A DNA stretch of 64,000 bases, taken from the NCBI RefSeq assembly GCF_964204645.1, contig NC_134025.1:5890001-5954000 (forward strand), given 5' to 3'. This document shows, piece by piece, positions 12,925-25,900 of this stretch. Each line of letters begins with the position of its first letter. The first letter of the stretch is position 1. Made by a program: the position numbers and the translations under genes. This DNA is from Tubulanus polymorphus. Its lineage: Eukaryota; Animalia; Nemertea. The notes below the pieces were generated by a model. The model had not been told where the DNA came from. It ran no database searches and was given only the letters and a program-made list of their open reading frames with translations.

Positions 12925-13215
12925 CTTGATCGATATTTATCATGTGATCAAATCAGATCACATGCAATGGCCAGCTCCGAGAATATTGAAATTACGATAT
13001 CCATATCGTGCGGTAGCTCGCTCTCATATCCAAAACCCGGAATATCCTGGCCAGAACAGAGCTAATGGAAATACATTGCAAAAACGCTGAATTATGCATC
13101 TATAATCTGATTTACAACATTTTCGGAGCTACCCGCTATCATCACACATGTAAACAAGCGCATGTGACAGGCGAATTGTGACAGGTGGCTTTGTCACATG
13201 ACAAACACATCCAAA
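12925..13215. promoter_or_regulatory. Bidirectional promoter between the two ACP7 paralogues
   Basis: Only ~290 bp separate the divergent start codons, and both starts lie in an AAnATGGCG context. Confidence 0.65.
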
Positions 13216-15694
13216 ATGGCGGATGTCAAAATATTATTGTTTTGCTGGGTTCTTACTCTTTCAGCTTTTTTGCCGTCAGTTATTCTTCACCAAAATGTTA
13301 TTTACCAGCAACCTGAACAGATTCATCTTTCTTACGGAGGTTGTACTTATAATTCGATTCTATATTCATTTACTTTATAATTAGCTTAATGCTTTTTTTA
13401 ATTGGCTTTTTTGTTTCTTTTTTTATCGTTAATTCAGGTACTCCAAGTGAAATGATAGTAACATGGGTTACCTTCAATGATACGGGGCCAAATGGCACAC
13501 AAGTAGAATATGGCAATCACCAGCTTTCGTTGAACGTCTATGGAAAAGTGACGCCATTTAAGGATGGTGGGAAAGAGGGTAGAATGCTGTACATACATCG
13601 AGCTATCATGATAGGATTGACTCCGAATCAGAAATATTGTAAGTTTGAAATTAATATGAGTTAATCGCTCGGTTTAAAAAGTAATGAGAGGTTTTTTATA
13701 GTATCATTGGTTATTCAGAAAATAGCTATTCTTCAGAAAATAGCTAGTCTTTACTTGTCTCATTCTAGTCTATCATGTTGGAAGCTCAAAAGGCTGGAGT
13801 AGTGTTTATTATTTCACTGCGATGAATACAGGCACTAATTGGAGCCCAAAATTTGCTGTTTACGGAGATTTTGGTAATGTGAATGCCCAGTCTTTGGCAC
13901 GATTACAAGAAGAAACTCAGCGAGGACATTTTGATTCTATCTTACATGTTGGTAAATACCAGTAGATAAATACACAAATTTCTTTTAAATCTTTGATTAT
14001 ATGTCTTTGACGTGGGTCTAACTATTTTTTTTATATCATTTAGGTGACTTTGCTTATAACATGGACACAGTAAGTAAAATGCGGTGTAACGCTCGCAATT
14101 TATTTTCTGTTTGAGTTAACTGAATAATAGTGATCCTTATATCTGAAATATTGTTTAGGATAATGCAAGAGTTGGTGATCAGTTTATGAGACAAGTCGAG
14201 TCTATAGCTGCTTATCTTCCTTACATGACTTGTGCTGGCAATCATGAACAAGCATAGTAAGTTTTCAAATAATACATAGTAATCATGATATTCCATAATC
14301 AAAACCTGACCTGTAGCATTGGTGCTTTTTTCTAAATTTACTTTTCAGCAACTTTTCTAATTATAAGAACAGGTTTACAATGCCTCCTGGTGGAGATGGA
14401 GAAAATTTGTTTTATAGGTATTGCCAATTCTTGATGATATTTCTTGATGCCCATTATGTTTGTCTGAATGTATGGTGAAATTGAAATCAAGAACTGTTTT
14501 TCAGTTTTGATATGGGACCTGTGCATTTTATTGCATTTGACACTGAAGTTTATTACTTCCAAAAGGACATTGGTTGGGATCCAATTGTCACTCAGTACAG
14601 ATGGTTGGAAGATGATTTAAAGGTTTGTACATGAAAAGCTATCCATATAATATGAAGTAAGGTACTTGTACACGGAGGGATTTTATTCACATGTTTTTCT
14701 GTCAATTCAATAGAAAGCCAATCTTCCAGAGAATCGTGCTAAACATCCATGGATTATAGCTTTTGGACATCGACCATTCTATTGTAGTAATAAAGATGAT
14801 GCTATGCATTGTGACAATGTCCAAAATACTGTAAGTTGTCCTCTGGTATAATTGAAATAAATAATGACACTTAATAGCTAATAGCTCACGTGACTGGATT
14901 TGTGTTTATAGATTCGTGTTGGGGTGACTAATGGTCCAAGTGGTATGCATGGTTTTGGTATTGAAGATTTGTTTTACAAATATGGTGTGGATTTGATTTT
15001 CACAGCGCATGAACATTCTTATGAACGATTTTGGCCTGTATATAACATGAGAGTAAGTATATGATACAAATATATTCATTTGTTTGTAAGATGGTCACAG
15101 CAGCAACCTCAAGAAGTCTGGCACAGGATTGCACACAGCCTGCATAAGAGTCTTCATGATGAATCATGGTTACTTTTCACTTGGTATTTAAGGTGTGTAA
15201 TGGAAGTTATAATGAACCATACAAGAATCCAACTGCACCCGTGCATATAGTAACAGGATCGGCAGTGAGTACTGTTGTATAGCTCTAATAATTTTTTTAC
15301 AACCGGGTGTAGGCTATGCACAGATATAATTGCATGATTGACTTATTTCAGGGATGTCAAGAACGGGTCGACCCATTCTATGGATTGAAATATCCGTATA
15401 GCGCGTACCATACAGACGATTATGGATATACACGAATGACCGTTTACAATGGAACACATCTTTACCTGGAACAAGTATCAGATGATAAGGTACTTGAGTT
15501 CAGATAATCGTATTCATTGTTTTGTTCAGATAATCGAATTCATTTTTTTGTCCTCGTTTGGCACATCATATGATTCGATGATATCACGTGAACTGAATTG
15601 TACTGGTAAATTTTTTCAGAGTGGAAAGGTAGTTGATAAGATTTTGTACATTCAAGAGAAGCACGGCGCAGGTTTGTTTACATGTCACTGGTAG
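13216..15694 (+). CDS. ACP7: Purple acid phosphatase (acid phosphatase type 7-like), paralogue B, secreted (alternative in-frame ATG at 13198)
   Basis: Signal peptide MADVKILLFCWVLTLSAFL then QPEQIHLSYG; motifs VYGDFG, GDFAYNM, GNHE, FGHRPFY and AHEHSYER. Exon layout matches paralogue A; ends HGAGLFTCHW*. Confidence 0.93.
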
Positions 15695-16925
15695 AAGATC
15701 CAAACAATTCAACACATTGAGATAAAACTGACAAAATCATTGAGTATTATATCAATCACATAAAAAGACAATTTTGATGTCATATTTTTTTATGATTAGA
15801 AAATCAAGCATATGATTAAAAGTTCATAAGTTTATAATGATTTGATAAATCAAATCATCCTAGTCTTCCTAGTTCATCCTAGTCTTATGATATTGATAAA
15901 CAGTAATCATTAGAATCAAATCATTACAAATTTTTATCAACAGAACGGCTGGGAATTTTGTGATTCAATCATTTTTATTTTTTGTACATGTATTGCAATA
16001 AAAAATTTTTTTGGAAATTTTTTGTGTGTTTGTTAGTAAGTCTAAGTGCTTGTTAAGGTAATTTAGGCCATAATTGTGCTTATTTTACCGAGAATGTTAA
16101 TAAGTGCTGAAAATTTCTACTTGTTGTTTACTCACATCCCACCCAAACACCCTACCGCTCACATCCTGCCTAGATAGACGTGGTTCTCCTCACACCCGCC
16201 CAGATAGAATGTACTGCTCACACAAAAAATTCCAGAACATAATAAATTCACTCGTTATTTACATTTTGAAAACTATTTTATTATTTGACAAAAAAAACAA
16301 GAAAACATGTTGCAGGTTTCAACTAGTGATTAGTCTTGTAGATGTGGCTATTGTTCAAATACCGTAAATAAATAAGTTATGACTAGAAATAATAATTACT
16401 CCTTAGAAAATAAAAGTCAGTTAAGAGAAATAACCTAAAAATGACTAGAAATATGAAATTTTAATTGATAGAGCACCAACTTTTAAAAAATAAAACAGGT
16501 TGGCCACAGTTGAATGAGATATTGATTAACCCATTATACAGCAGACAGAACCGTATTAAAACAATCTTCAGGGCACCAGAATATCTGTTTATTCTAAGTG
16601 ATAGTTCATTGTATCCAGTATAAAACTAAATTGTCTAAGTTGTGAAGTTTGTTATATCAAATAAGTCTTATATCCAAGTGTGCTATAACAAGGTTTGGTA
16701 CTCTAATATAGTATACAGAACAACTATATACAAACAATCTACGCAGTTGTTTAACAGAGATTCAGAGTCCATACTTTTAAGAAAGTATCGATTAATTATT
16801 GTCAACAATGAATAGGGGTACATAAGGAAATACATGTACATAAACATTAGTTTCAATAGATAAAACTTGTATTTCTACTCGACATTGAAGACATCATTCA
16901 TCTATTTTGATATGTATCATATAGT

Positions 16926-19900
16926 CTAAACAGTGTAAAATTGGATAGCTGCAGATGACTGCACCTCAATTTGACCCAATTTAAACTGAAGTCGTTTTAA
17001 CCATTTCAGTAGCATTGTATGAGAATTGCTATCTTTTGACTCTTTCGGTGGTTCCCAGTTCTGGCAGGTTTGAAGTCGTACTTGTAGATGTCCCGGAAGC
17101 TGACTGTGATATGTGAATAGTATTGGAGTCCAAAGAGCGAACAACTGCAAGCCAATAAAACAAATTTCAGTCACTTCCATTTACTAACTGCAGGTCATAT
17201 GGTTGATAAAAAGATACATATATATGTATATATTACCTTTGCCAACACTGTCGAGTTACATTCTTGTAGAGCTTCCATTAGACTAAGAAAGTGTAAATTC
17301 ACCATCTCGGCCAACTGGAAAAAAGATTTCTCATTTTACTGATTTGTGCAGTGAACACTGCGAGATACCGATATAAAAAGTTTACCAACCACTTTTGAGT
17401 GTGATAATAACTGAAGCACACCAGGAGTAACTCGTCCCCAGAAATCCATTATTGTGTTGCTAACCATTGCGGTCGACTCGTCAACACCAGGCTGTTCCTG
17501 AGCAGCTGACTCACAATACATCGTCCACAACTAAATCAAAAACACTCATAAATCGCAACCATAATTCAGTAGCTAGAGGTACATCAGAGAGATGTTCAGC
17601 TCTATTTACCTGACATAGTATGAAGGCATGAAACAGTGATGACATGTGTAATACCGATTCCTGAAATAAATGCATATGCTTACAGAAATTAAATCACAAT
17701 ATTCTACACCAATATAAAATCCCTTCATATTACCAAGCCAATTCTATCACTAATTAAACTATGCTCTCCAGGGATGCCATGCCTGCCTGGGCTATACCCG
17801 TAGTTGGCTAAACTGAAGTTATCAACATTTTTAAGCTCAACTCATATGTGAAACTAGATATACCTTCGACTTTTCAGCAAAACCAGTCATAATCACCATG
17901 ACATGATCTGAGATATGTTGACTAGCCTCTAATGGTATTGGTTGACATGTGATTGAAGCACTTTGATGTGTTACTGCAGTGTGGGTCAAAGAACCAAGCA
18001 ATATCCAGGACAATAACCTTATATGACCAACGCATTCTATGAATTCTTTAGGTCTATAAGTAAAAATACACTCATTCAGAATATAAAGCCTTATGAACTT
18101 CTGATCAAAGTCACGAGATGTGCCTAAATATTTACCCTTGTTGCATGGCTGATGGCGGATGATATAACCATGGTAAATACCGATTCACCGCTCTATAGTC
18201 ACACCTGTTTCTTTTTGTAATACCCAGGGCTACAAACTGAGCTATTGCGGATTTTAATTGACTTCCAAGCGTATCTTCGTTCAGGTTCTGAGAACCACCT
18301 TTCATATTACTCTACAAATCAAGGTGAAATTACCTATAGATTTCATATAAGTTACTATTCTACCCTTTCTGTGAAAATACAATTAACCTCACCCAACTCG
18401 AACAAACTGAGCAGATAAAAGCAGTCCGAGTAAAGAATAAGAAAATATGTTAGGAAGTCACAGAAATTGTTTAATTTTTGCCAGAGTTCGACAAATTGGG
18501 AGTCTACATGTCTAAGTTAGGCGAGGTTTACTGTACAACTTTGATACATGGATAGCACGAAAGCATTGTTATCATAAGTGTTGCTATCTAATACCTTGAT
18601 TTGTAGCATCTTGGAGAAATCAGACTGACTTACTCCAAGTTAGTATTAACTACCTCCAAAATGCTTGAGTAAATATTGTGTGCAATGTTAGATGTTACAA
18701 AGCAATTAACATGATATATTACAGTAGTTGTAGGCCAACTCATCATTACATGCTAGGCCTATTAAACAATTGCGCATAAGCCGTGACAACCATATTTAAG
18801 TTCTTTTAGGCATGCAATGAATTCTTCGAATTAGATCTAAGCTAAGATTCAGGTGACAATAAACAAGCCTTTTTTCATATCACTCATGTTCATGACGTTT
18901 ATGTTCATGTAAGAAATTGCATTTTACTGTTACCATGCATAAATGCTTGTTCCTAATTGTTGGACATTTATACCGTAGCATTTATAATTAAGAGTGATGA
19001 TGGTGGCAGTGCAAGTGATCAACACGCTTCGATACTGATGCCTGATGCACATGCGGTGTGATCATACTTTTTAAGCTAAGTATCTTTGGTTGCCGAGCAG
19101 AAATATTAACCCTCTTACCTCCAGAGTCCCTGTAAAAATGCAGGGAACATCTGGGAACTAACCTTTACCCTGTTAATTGTGTGTAAATCGGCTATAAATT
19201 CGACTAAAACTGTCAAATGTTGTCGCATACACTCCGCAGCATTGGTACTCATCAGATTATGAGTTTGAGGATTGAAGTAGTTGTTTAGTCCTTCAACTAT
19301 ATTCGTCGGCCCAATAGTTCCACCAGCATCAATACACACAAACTGAAATACAAGCAGGTTTTATATATTTGGTAGCTAATTAACAATACAATTGCCCAAC
19401 AGAAGAAATGTTATGATTTCCCTTACCTGCACCAACATTAGAAGATTTTCATCGGGCAAAATTGATTTGAATTTCAATGCACTAACCAACTCATATATAA
19501 CGCAGCGAGTTAGCAACAACTTATCTCTCTCCTACAAATTCATAAGAAATATGATCGTTGATGAAAATCTGTGATTGCTGATGAATGTATAAGATAAAAA
19601 TAGCTTTACCTTAGAAAAAGCTCCATTGCACAGAGAACAGAGGTCAAACAATTGCTGTAACTTGAATGTACAATTCTGGATCACGAAAGTCAGTATCTTC
19701 GAAAACGGCTCGAGAATACCCTGCAAAAATACAGTATAAGTTTATGACAAATTATGCTAATATAATTCATGATTAATTCAACACTTACCTTGACTGTTTG
19801 CAATCCTGGGATACGGAATACTGAAATCATGATCTTCATCAAGTGACTTGTCTCGCAAGGATTTGGTAAGACAATAACTAATTTACGGAAGAACGCATCA

Positions 19901-22900
19901 AAATGTGTTAGTATCGTTTGCCACTGGGGATTAGGTGTTTCTAGTGTTATGCAGTCCATGTAACTAGCCAAATTTTCTAGTAGCAACATAATATTATCAG
20001 CGGGCAAGTTTTTCCTGTTGTTCAACCCCTGAAAGTATAACACAGATGAAGTACTGATTTTCAACTTGATATGACTCGACGAGGTACATGCTATATACCA
20101 GCATACACGATGACTTCCATACTAACCTCAAGCAGAAGAAGAAGTGGAGCATATGCATTCAATTCGGTGAAATCAACCAGAGCACTAGCTATTGTTTTGA
20201 AAAATTCAGGTTCTACAATACAAAACAGGATGCGGGAATATAGTATTTCATCAATTCAAACAGTTCTCTAAGAATTTCGATAAGACAATGGACAGCTAGA
20301 CAGAGATATACATACCATCACATTTACTCTGGAATAACTGAACAAACAGGCCATTAGGAGTCAGCTGGTGCAGTGTACATCGGAGGAATTGCCTGGCTAC
20401 ACTCACTGAATTACCCGGTATAATCAAACTGTTGCTAATAAATCAGATAAAATTCAAACGAATTAGAAATGATCAAGTTTCAAGGTTCTTACAAAACAAC
20501 GTATTTCATTCGCTTACCATTCAGCTTGCCAAGAGTATGGACTACTCGAAGATATTCTACAAAAGAATGAGAAATGTTCATTAGATATTGAAGCACGACT
20601 ATTCATCTGTCGGTACAGCATTTGAATGAAAATCACCTGCTGACAGCCTGTAACATTTCCAGCAATAACGGAGTAGCAAGAGCCGGTTCTCTGTGAATAT
20701 ATGTCGCCAAACAAACGATTGAATTGCTGATCACTTCATCATCATAAGTTTCTAATACAGCATGACATTCTGGGCAACGTTCCATGATTACATTGTCCGC
20801 AAATTTAGCTGTTGCTTTCTTCGCCGGTGCTTGTTGATTTTTAACTAGGTCAGCTTTTCGGTTTCTCCTGAGAAAGGCAGAAAAGGCAAAAGCACAAGAC
20901 TTGAAAGAGAATTCATACTCAAAAAGTTCATATTCACATATTTCATCGAGGCAACGAATACAAACCTCGATTTTTTACCAGTCACCGAAGTTCCAGCAGG
21001 ACTAGATTCACCAGAAGGAGGACCAGTGTTTGCAAGCTCGGGAATCAACTTTTGTAATTCTACAGTTGTGAGACCAGTTTTACGTGATTTTCGCTGTCTA
21101 AAATTTGGTTTCAAATGTGGACTGGTTCCTGGACTAGGAATAGGACTATCATCAACCTCACCTGCAGCATCATTGAGATGTTTAATAAAATATTTACAAG
21201 TGATAATAGTTAGCCATTCAAGCCATATATCTAGTTAATGAATTTTCCTTACTTTCTGCCTGCGCTTTATCGACATTTGGATTCAATAATAGACGATCAG
21301 ATGGACTATCAGAGGCAGTAGTATATGTCTGATCACTGTCTGGTTTACTTTCTCTACCGGTCATGGATTCTGCTGAACTTTCCACCGCTTTCTCATCCAC
21401 TTCACTCTTGGAGTCTTTACAGATTTGCTCAGATGCTTCAGGGATATCTTTCGGAACCGATGATCTTGAAACTGACGATCGATTATCATCAGTCAGTTCT
21501 TCTTGAGCATCATAATAAACCGATGATTCTCGCTTGGCACGATCGCACTCAAATTCCTCGATTTGTTGAGCCATTTTCTCATCAACTTCCGCTGGTTCTA
21601 AAATTGAAATAAACAACATTCAATAAGCACATACATTGCCAATGTTTTTCTAAAAGAACTTCTATTTCTCAATATTATAAATCTTTAGTTGAAGAACAGT
21701 AAAAGCAAGCAGATATTCTAAAAAGAATTATTACTGGATTAAAGCCGTCAACGAAGGATTGAAAGCATAAACTAATGAGTAAGATGAAAGTACGTTTATC
21801 TATTGGCCGCTATATTCAACGTAAGTGGTGTATAAGCAGGCTGCGTGTAAGCATCCAGTAAAACAGTAAAAACTGTCTATCACACCACAAACATGATACT
21901 TTACTGATTGAATGTTTAGGTGTGTTGTTATAACTCTGAGTACCATTTTCTACGTTTTGAGCCAGTTCATGAGGTTCAATCATGGAATGAGGTCGTTGTA
22001 CACTGCGGAATATCGGACTCTCCGGACCGTGATTAGGATTCAGAGGCAGGTCATCTTTCAGTCTCATTTTTACAGATTGAATGATATGATCAGATGCTGG
22101 CCGTTGATGTTTATGAAGATCTCGTCTCAGCGGCACTCGCGGAGGTGTTGGAGATGCTGGTTCTTGCTCACTAGATTCCCGACTACTTGGATCGAGATCT
22201 GAACTCAAACGATTATGAGCTTTTTCTTCTCTCCTTCCTTTATCCATGATGTGCTCCTCAAAACATTGTTGCAGAGTTTTCTGTGAAGGCAATTCACATA
22301 TTTGATTATACTTAACATACGAATTGACAATAATACATAATATGAAACTTTATTCATTACACATTAGAATATGTTAATTAATACCTAAAACAGAAATGAT
22401 TTGTTCAGACATACCGCGATTTGCTGTTCCTTATCTTGAGTATCTGATTCAGTATTGTCATCAGGTTCAATATCTATGACTGTACTGTTGTCTTCCTTCT
22501 TGAAATTACTATCAACCATACTTTCGGGCTTCATTTCATCAATAGGTGACTCCATCTTGATCAAATCAATCTCTTCAGGCTCATCCTTTAAGTTTTTTGG
22601 AGCATGTCCATTTTGAAGACTGGTTTCCTGTGGCAGGCTATAATCTGGTAATCTACGTGGAGGTCTTTGACGTGTGACTTTCTTCTTCACAGAGCTGGCC
22701 TGAGATTGAAGATTGATTGAACTAAGTACGAAACCCTCATCTATATTTCAATATAGTTTAAATTACCCTAAACTGGATAAAGTAGTCTACCCTATCATAA
22801 ATGAAAGAGCTTCAAGGGGTAACATATTTGCGGTGAATTGGGGCAATAGGAAAAGTGATGATGTTTTTTTCAATATGATCTTACTTTAATACTCGGTGGA

Positions 22901-25900
22901 GAAGAATCATTATCAGTATCGGCTGATTGTTTACTAGCCGCCTGTAATTTCATGTATTGTACACTATGCGAAGGTGATGAAACATTAATAGTCACAGCAT
23001 CTGTTGATGATAGTTGAGAATCAGTCGGACTTTGCGGAGGGGTCTCGGTCTCTTGAATATTTTCCAGGTCACCAACTGATACATTGCTTGTGTCTATAAA
23101 ATGAAGAATAGCTCGAGCACATTTTTCTCGAAATATAAGACTGCCCGATTCCACCATTGGCCATCAATGCACATCACTGTAAAGAGCTTACCTCTGTTGC
23201 GTGGTATGATAGGGCTAGATGGACCGAAAGCATCATCATGTCTGCGACATCGATGATGCTGAGCATCGATTGTATTCATTACGATACGAATGAGAGTATG
23301 AATGCATGTAGACAGCGGAGGCTGGTTATACTGATACTAAAAATCAAATATACAAAACCAGTCTTATCATTATTGTTACAAGAACGAACCATTTTCAATG
23401 CACAAAAATCTGTGATATAATGACATACCTTATAAAGTGAAACCAGTAAGGTTGACAGCCAGGTTAAACGAGTATGGGGTTCTAGTAACCACAGCGTGTA
23501 GTTCGGTGGCTGATAGTCTGTAGCATATCTTTGAGGTGATGCAGCATATTGGAGTAAAGCTAAACAAAATGGCAGTATATTATTGCCAACTGTGAAATTA
23601 CGATCCAACACCTGCGAAAATAGCATGATAAAATACAATGGCAATGATGATTTTAAGTGTGGTTGAGTATCATTAGATATAACATTATCAATATAACAAT
23701 GACTTACACTTGGTAGTCCAGATAGGAAAGCATTGAATACTGTAGAACACCGAAGTTTAAACGGTGGAACGCTAAATGCCTTTTCTGTCTGATTGTATCC
23801 AAGCAACACATTTAAATGTCTGATAACAATGCTCTGTGCTTTATTCGATTGTCGTTCATCACTCACAGAGGAAGCTTCGCAAGCCATGAACTAAAAAAAT
23901 AAAGTCGATACAACTATCACCATCATCCATTTTCATTCTTGTAAAACATCCTGAAAAACCTTTAACCGTCATTGGCAGAGTCTATATTTTTGAATAGCCA
24001 GGAGGAAAGGACCAGAGAACAATCCCAAAATTAAGAAGATAAAAATTGGATAACACAGCAACATGGCTGTTGGTTGATATTTGGAACGAAGTCTAGAAGT
24101 AAAACTACCCAATAATGTTAATATGATAGTCCAGAATTATGTGAAAATGTTAGATACTGAGATTGATTATATGGTATATGTTATTAAAGAGAAATAGATA
24201 AGCAAAGTTAATGAAACATGGCAGAGAGAACAGCTTATGAGAGAGAATTCCATATCAGTTTTTCCCAAACATCTTCAAACACCTCAGTGTGAATGGAAAA
24301 CTGAATGGAAAGTAGGCAAGCCAGATTCAGAAACTATTGCATGCACAAAACACACATGATCGAAAGATCTAAACTGATACTAAGTCTCAGATTTCCTGAA
24401 CCTCTTCAATTATAAGGCAGAAGATAAATCCTAAGTTAAGTTAGGATCTGAAATTTCATAGGATATATTAGTAAAACGATCACACTTGTTAAGATATGAT
24501 TTTGATGAAGTATTTGCATCACCACACAAGCTTGAACTGAGAAGTATGAATTAATAGCATAGAAAATGAGATTGCGTCACAAGAAACATTGACTAAGCTA
24601 TAACTCTTAAGAGAATGAAAGATTATCTGTCAACTAATCCATATCATTCTTTCATCAGCTAAGAATATCATCTGCATTAAGTGTTAATGATTGCATTGCA
24701 TGAACGTACTTGTGTGTAAATATTCATACAAATGAAATAATATTCAAAGACTGATTTCAGCAACTTTTTGTGCACATGTAGTCAGAACTGATGAAATATT
24801 GCGTGTATGGTTTTATAGAATATGTAGAAGAGGATTTCACCCTACACTTCAAACTCAACTTACTTTCATTTCAAGTTGATTAAGTAAAGCATAAGAAGTT
24901 GAGGTTTTTATTACAGAGATTGTATATTGATAGTCGTACAATTAGTAAACCTTTGCTCAGATTTCATACCACTATTTTTTCCAACCTCTACAAGACAATT
25001 TGTGGTTTCTGGCTGTTTTGGCATAAATGTAAGTTACAGATGCCATGAATCACAAATTAGAAAAGGCTAGATTAAAGCTAAGATGCATTGTTGCAGCTTA
25101 ACCACTGCGAAAGATATGCATATTACAGCATGCACAATAATCCAGCATATCATATACTTTTTACTGAGCTCACCTCTTCTTCAGTATTGCGATTATGTGA
25201 CATAAACTGTAAAAAAGTGAACAAACCTATCGTTCAAAATAAACATGAATTTTGTGGAAATATGCACTGAATTCCATGTCTTGGTACATTTATCATGTAA
25301 CAGTGGAAACACAAATAAAACTAATCTAATGGTACAATCAGCTCAATGAGAATGATTTAATATATTTGAAGCAAATCAAATGGCATTTTCTACGACCACC
25401 AGTACATGTGAAAAATGAAACAAACATTCAAAACATCAATGTGTACCTAGATGTAAGGTACAGTGATGATAACAAGTGAATTTGAGATCATGCAATAAAA
25501 TGCCAAATTACCTTCATCAGTAATGTGACGAGTTGATGAACAGTTTCCCTGTCAATTCCTTCTAAGTCCATAGCACGTTGTAACAATGCGGCAAAGTTAC
25601 TTTCCTCATCGGTGAATTCACGTAAATGTCCACCTGAAAAAAATCATACATAGAAAGAAAACAGTCAAGATGTTGACTTACAAAATGTAAATGAGCAGAT
25701 CTTCACCAGATAGCTACAACGTTTAGACACAGTGAGAGACAATTCACTCAATGAAGATATATTGTGTTAAACCATGATCCTTCATCACAGATCTAACACT
25801 GATTCTGGGCTGTGAGTAACTTGTACAAAAATCTAGTTTTTTCCATTTAATGCACTGTGGTATACTTTTGCTTAATATGTATGATTGAAAAAACAATTAT

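Noticed and set aside
19119-19129. Apparent 11-nt microexon tttttacag|GGACTCTGGAG|gtaaga
   Set aside because: Only ~33 nt from the upstream donor (intron too short) and frame-shifting; at most an alternative donor.
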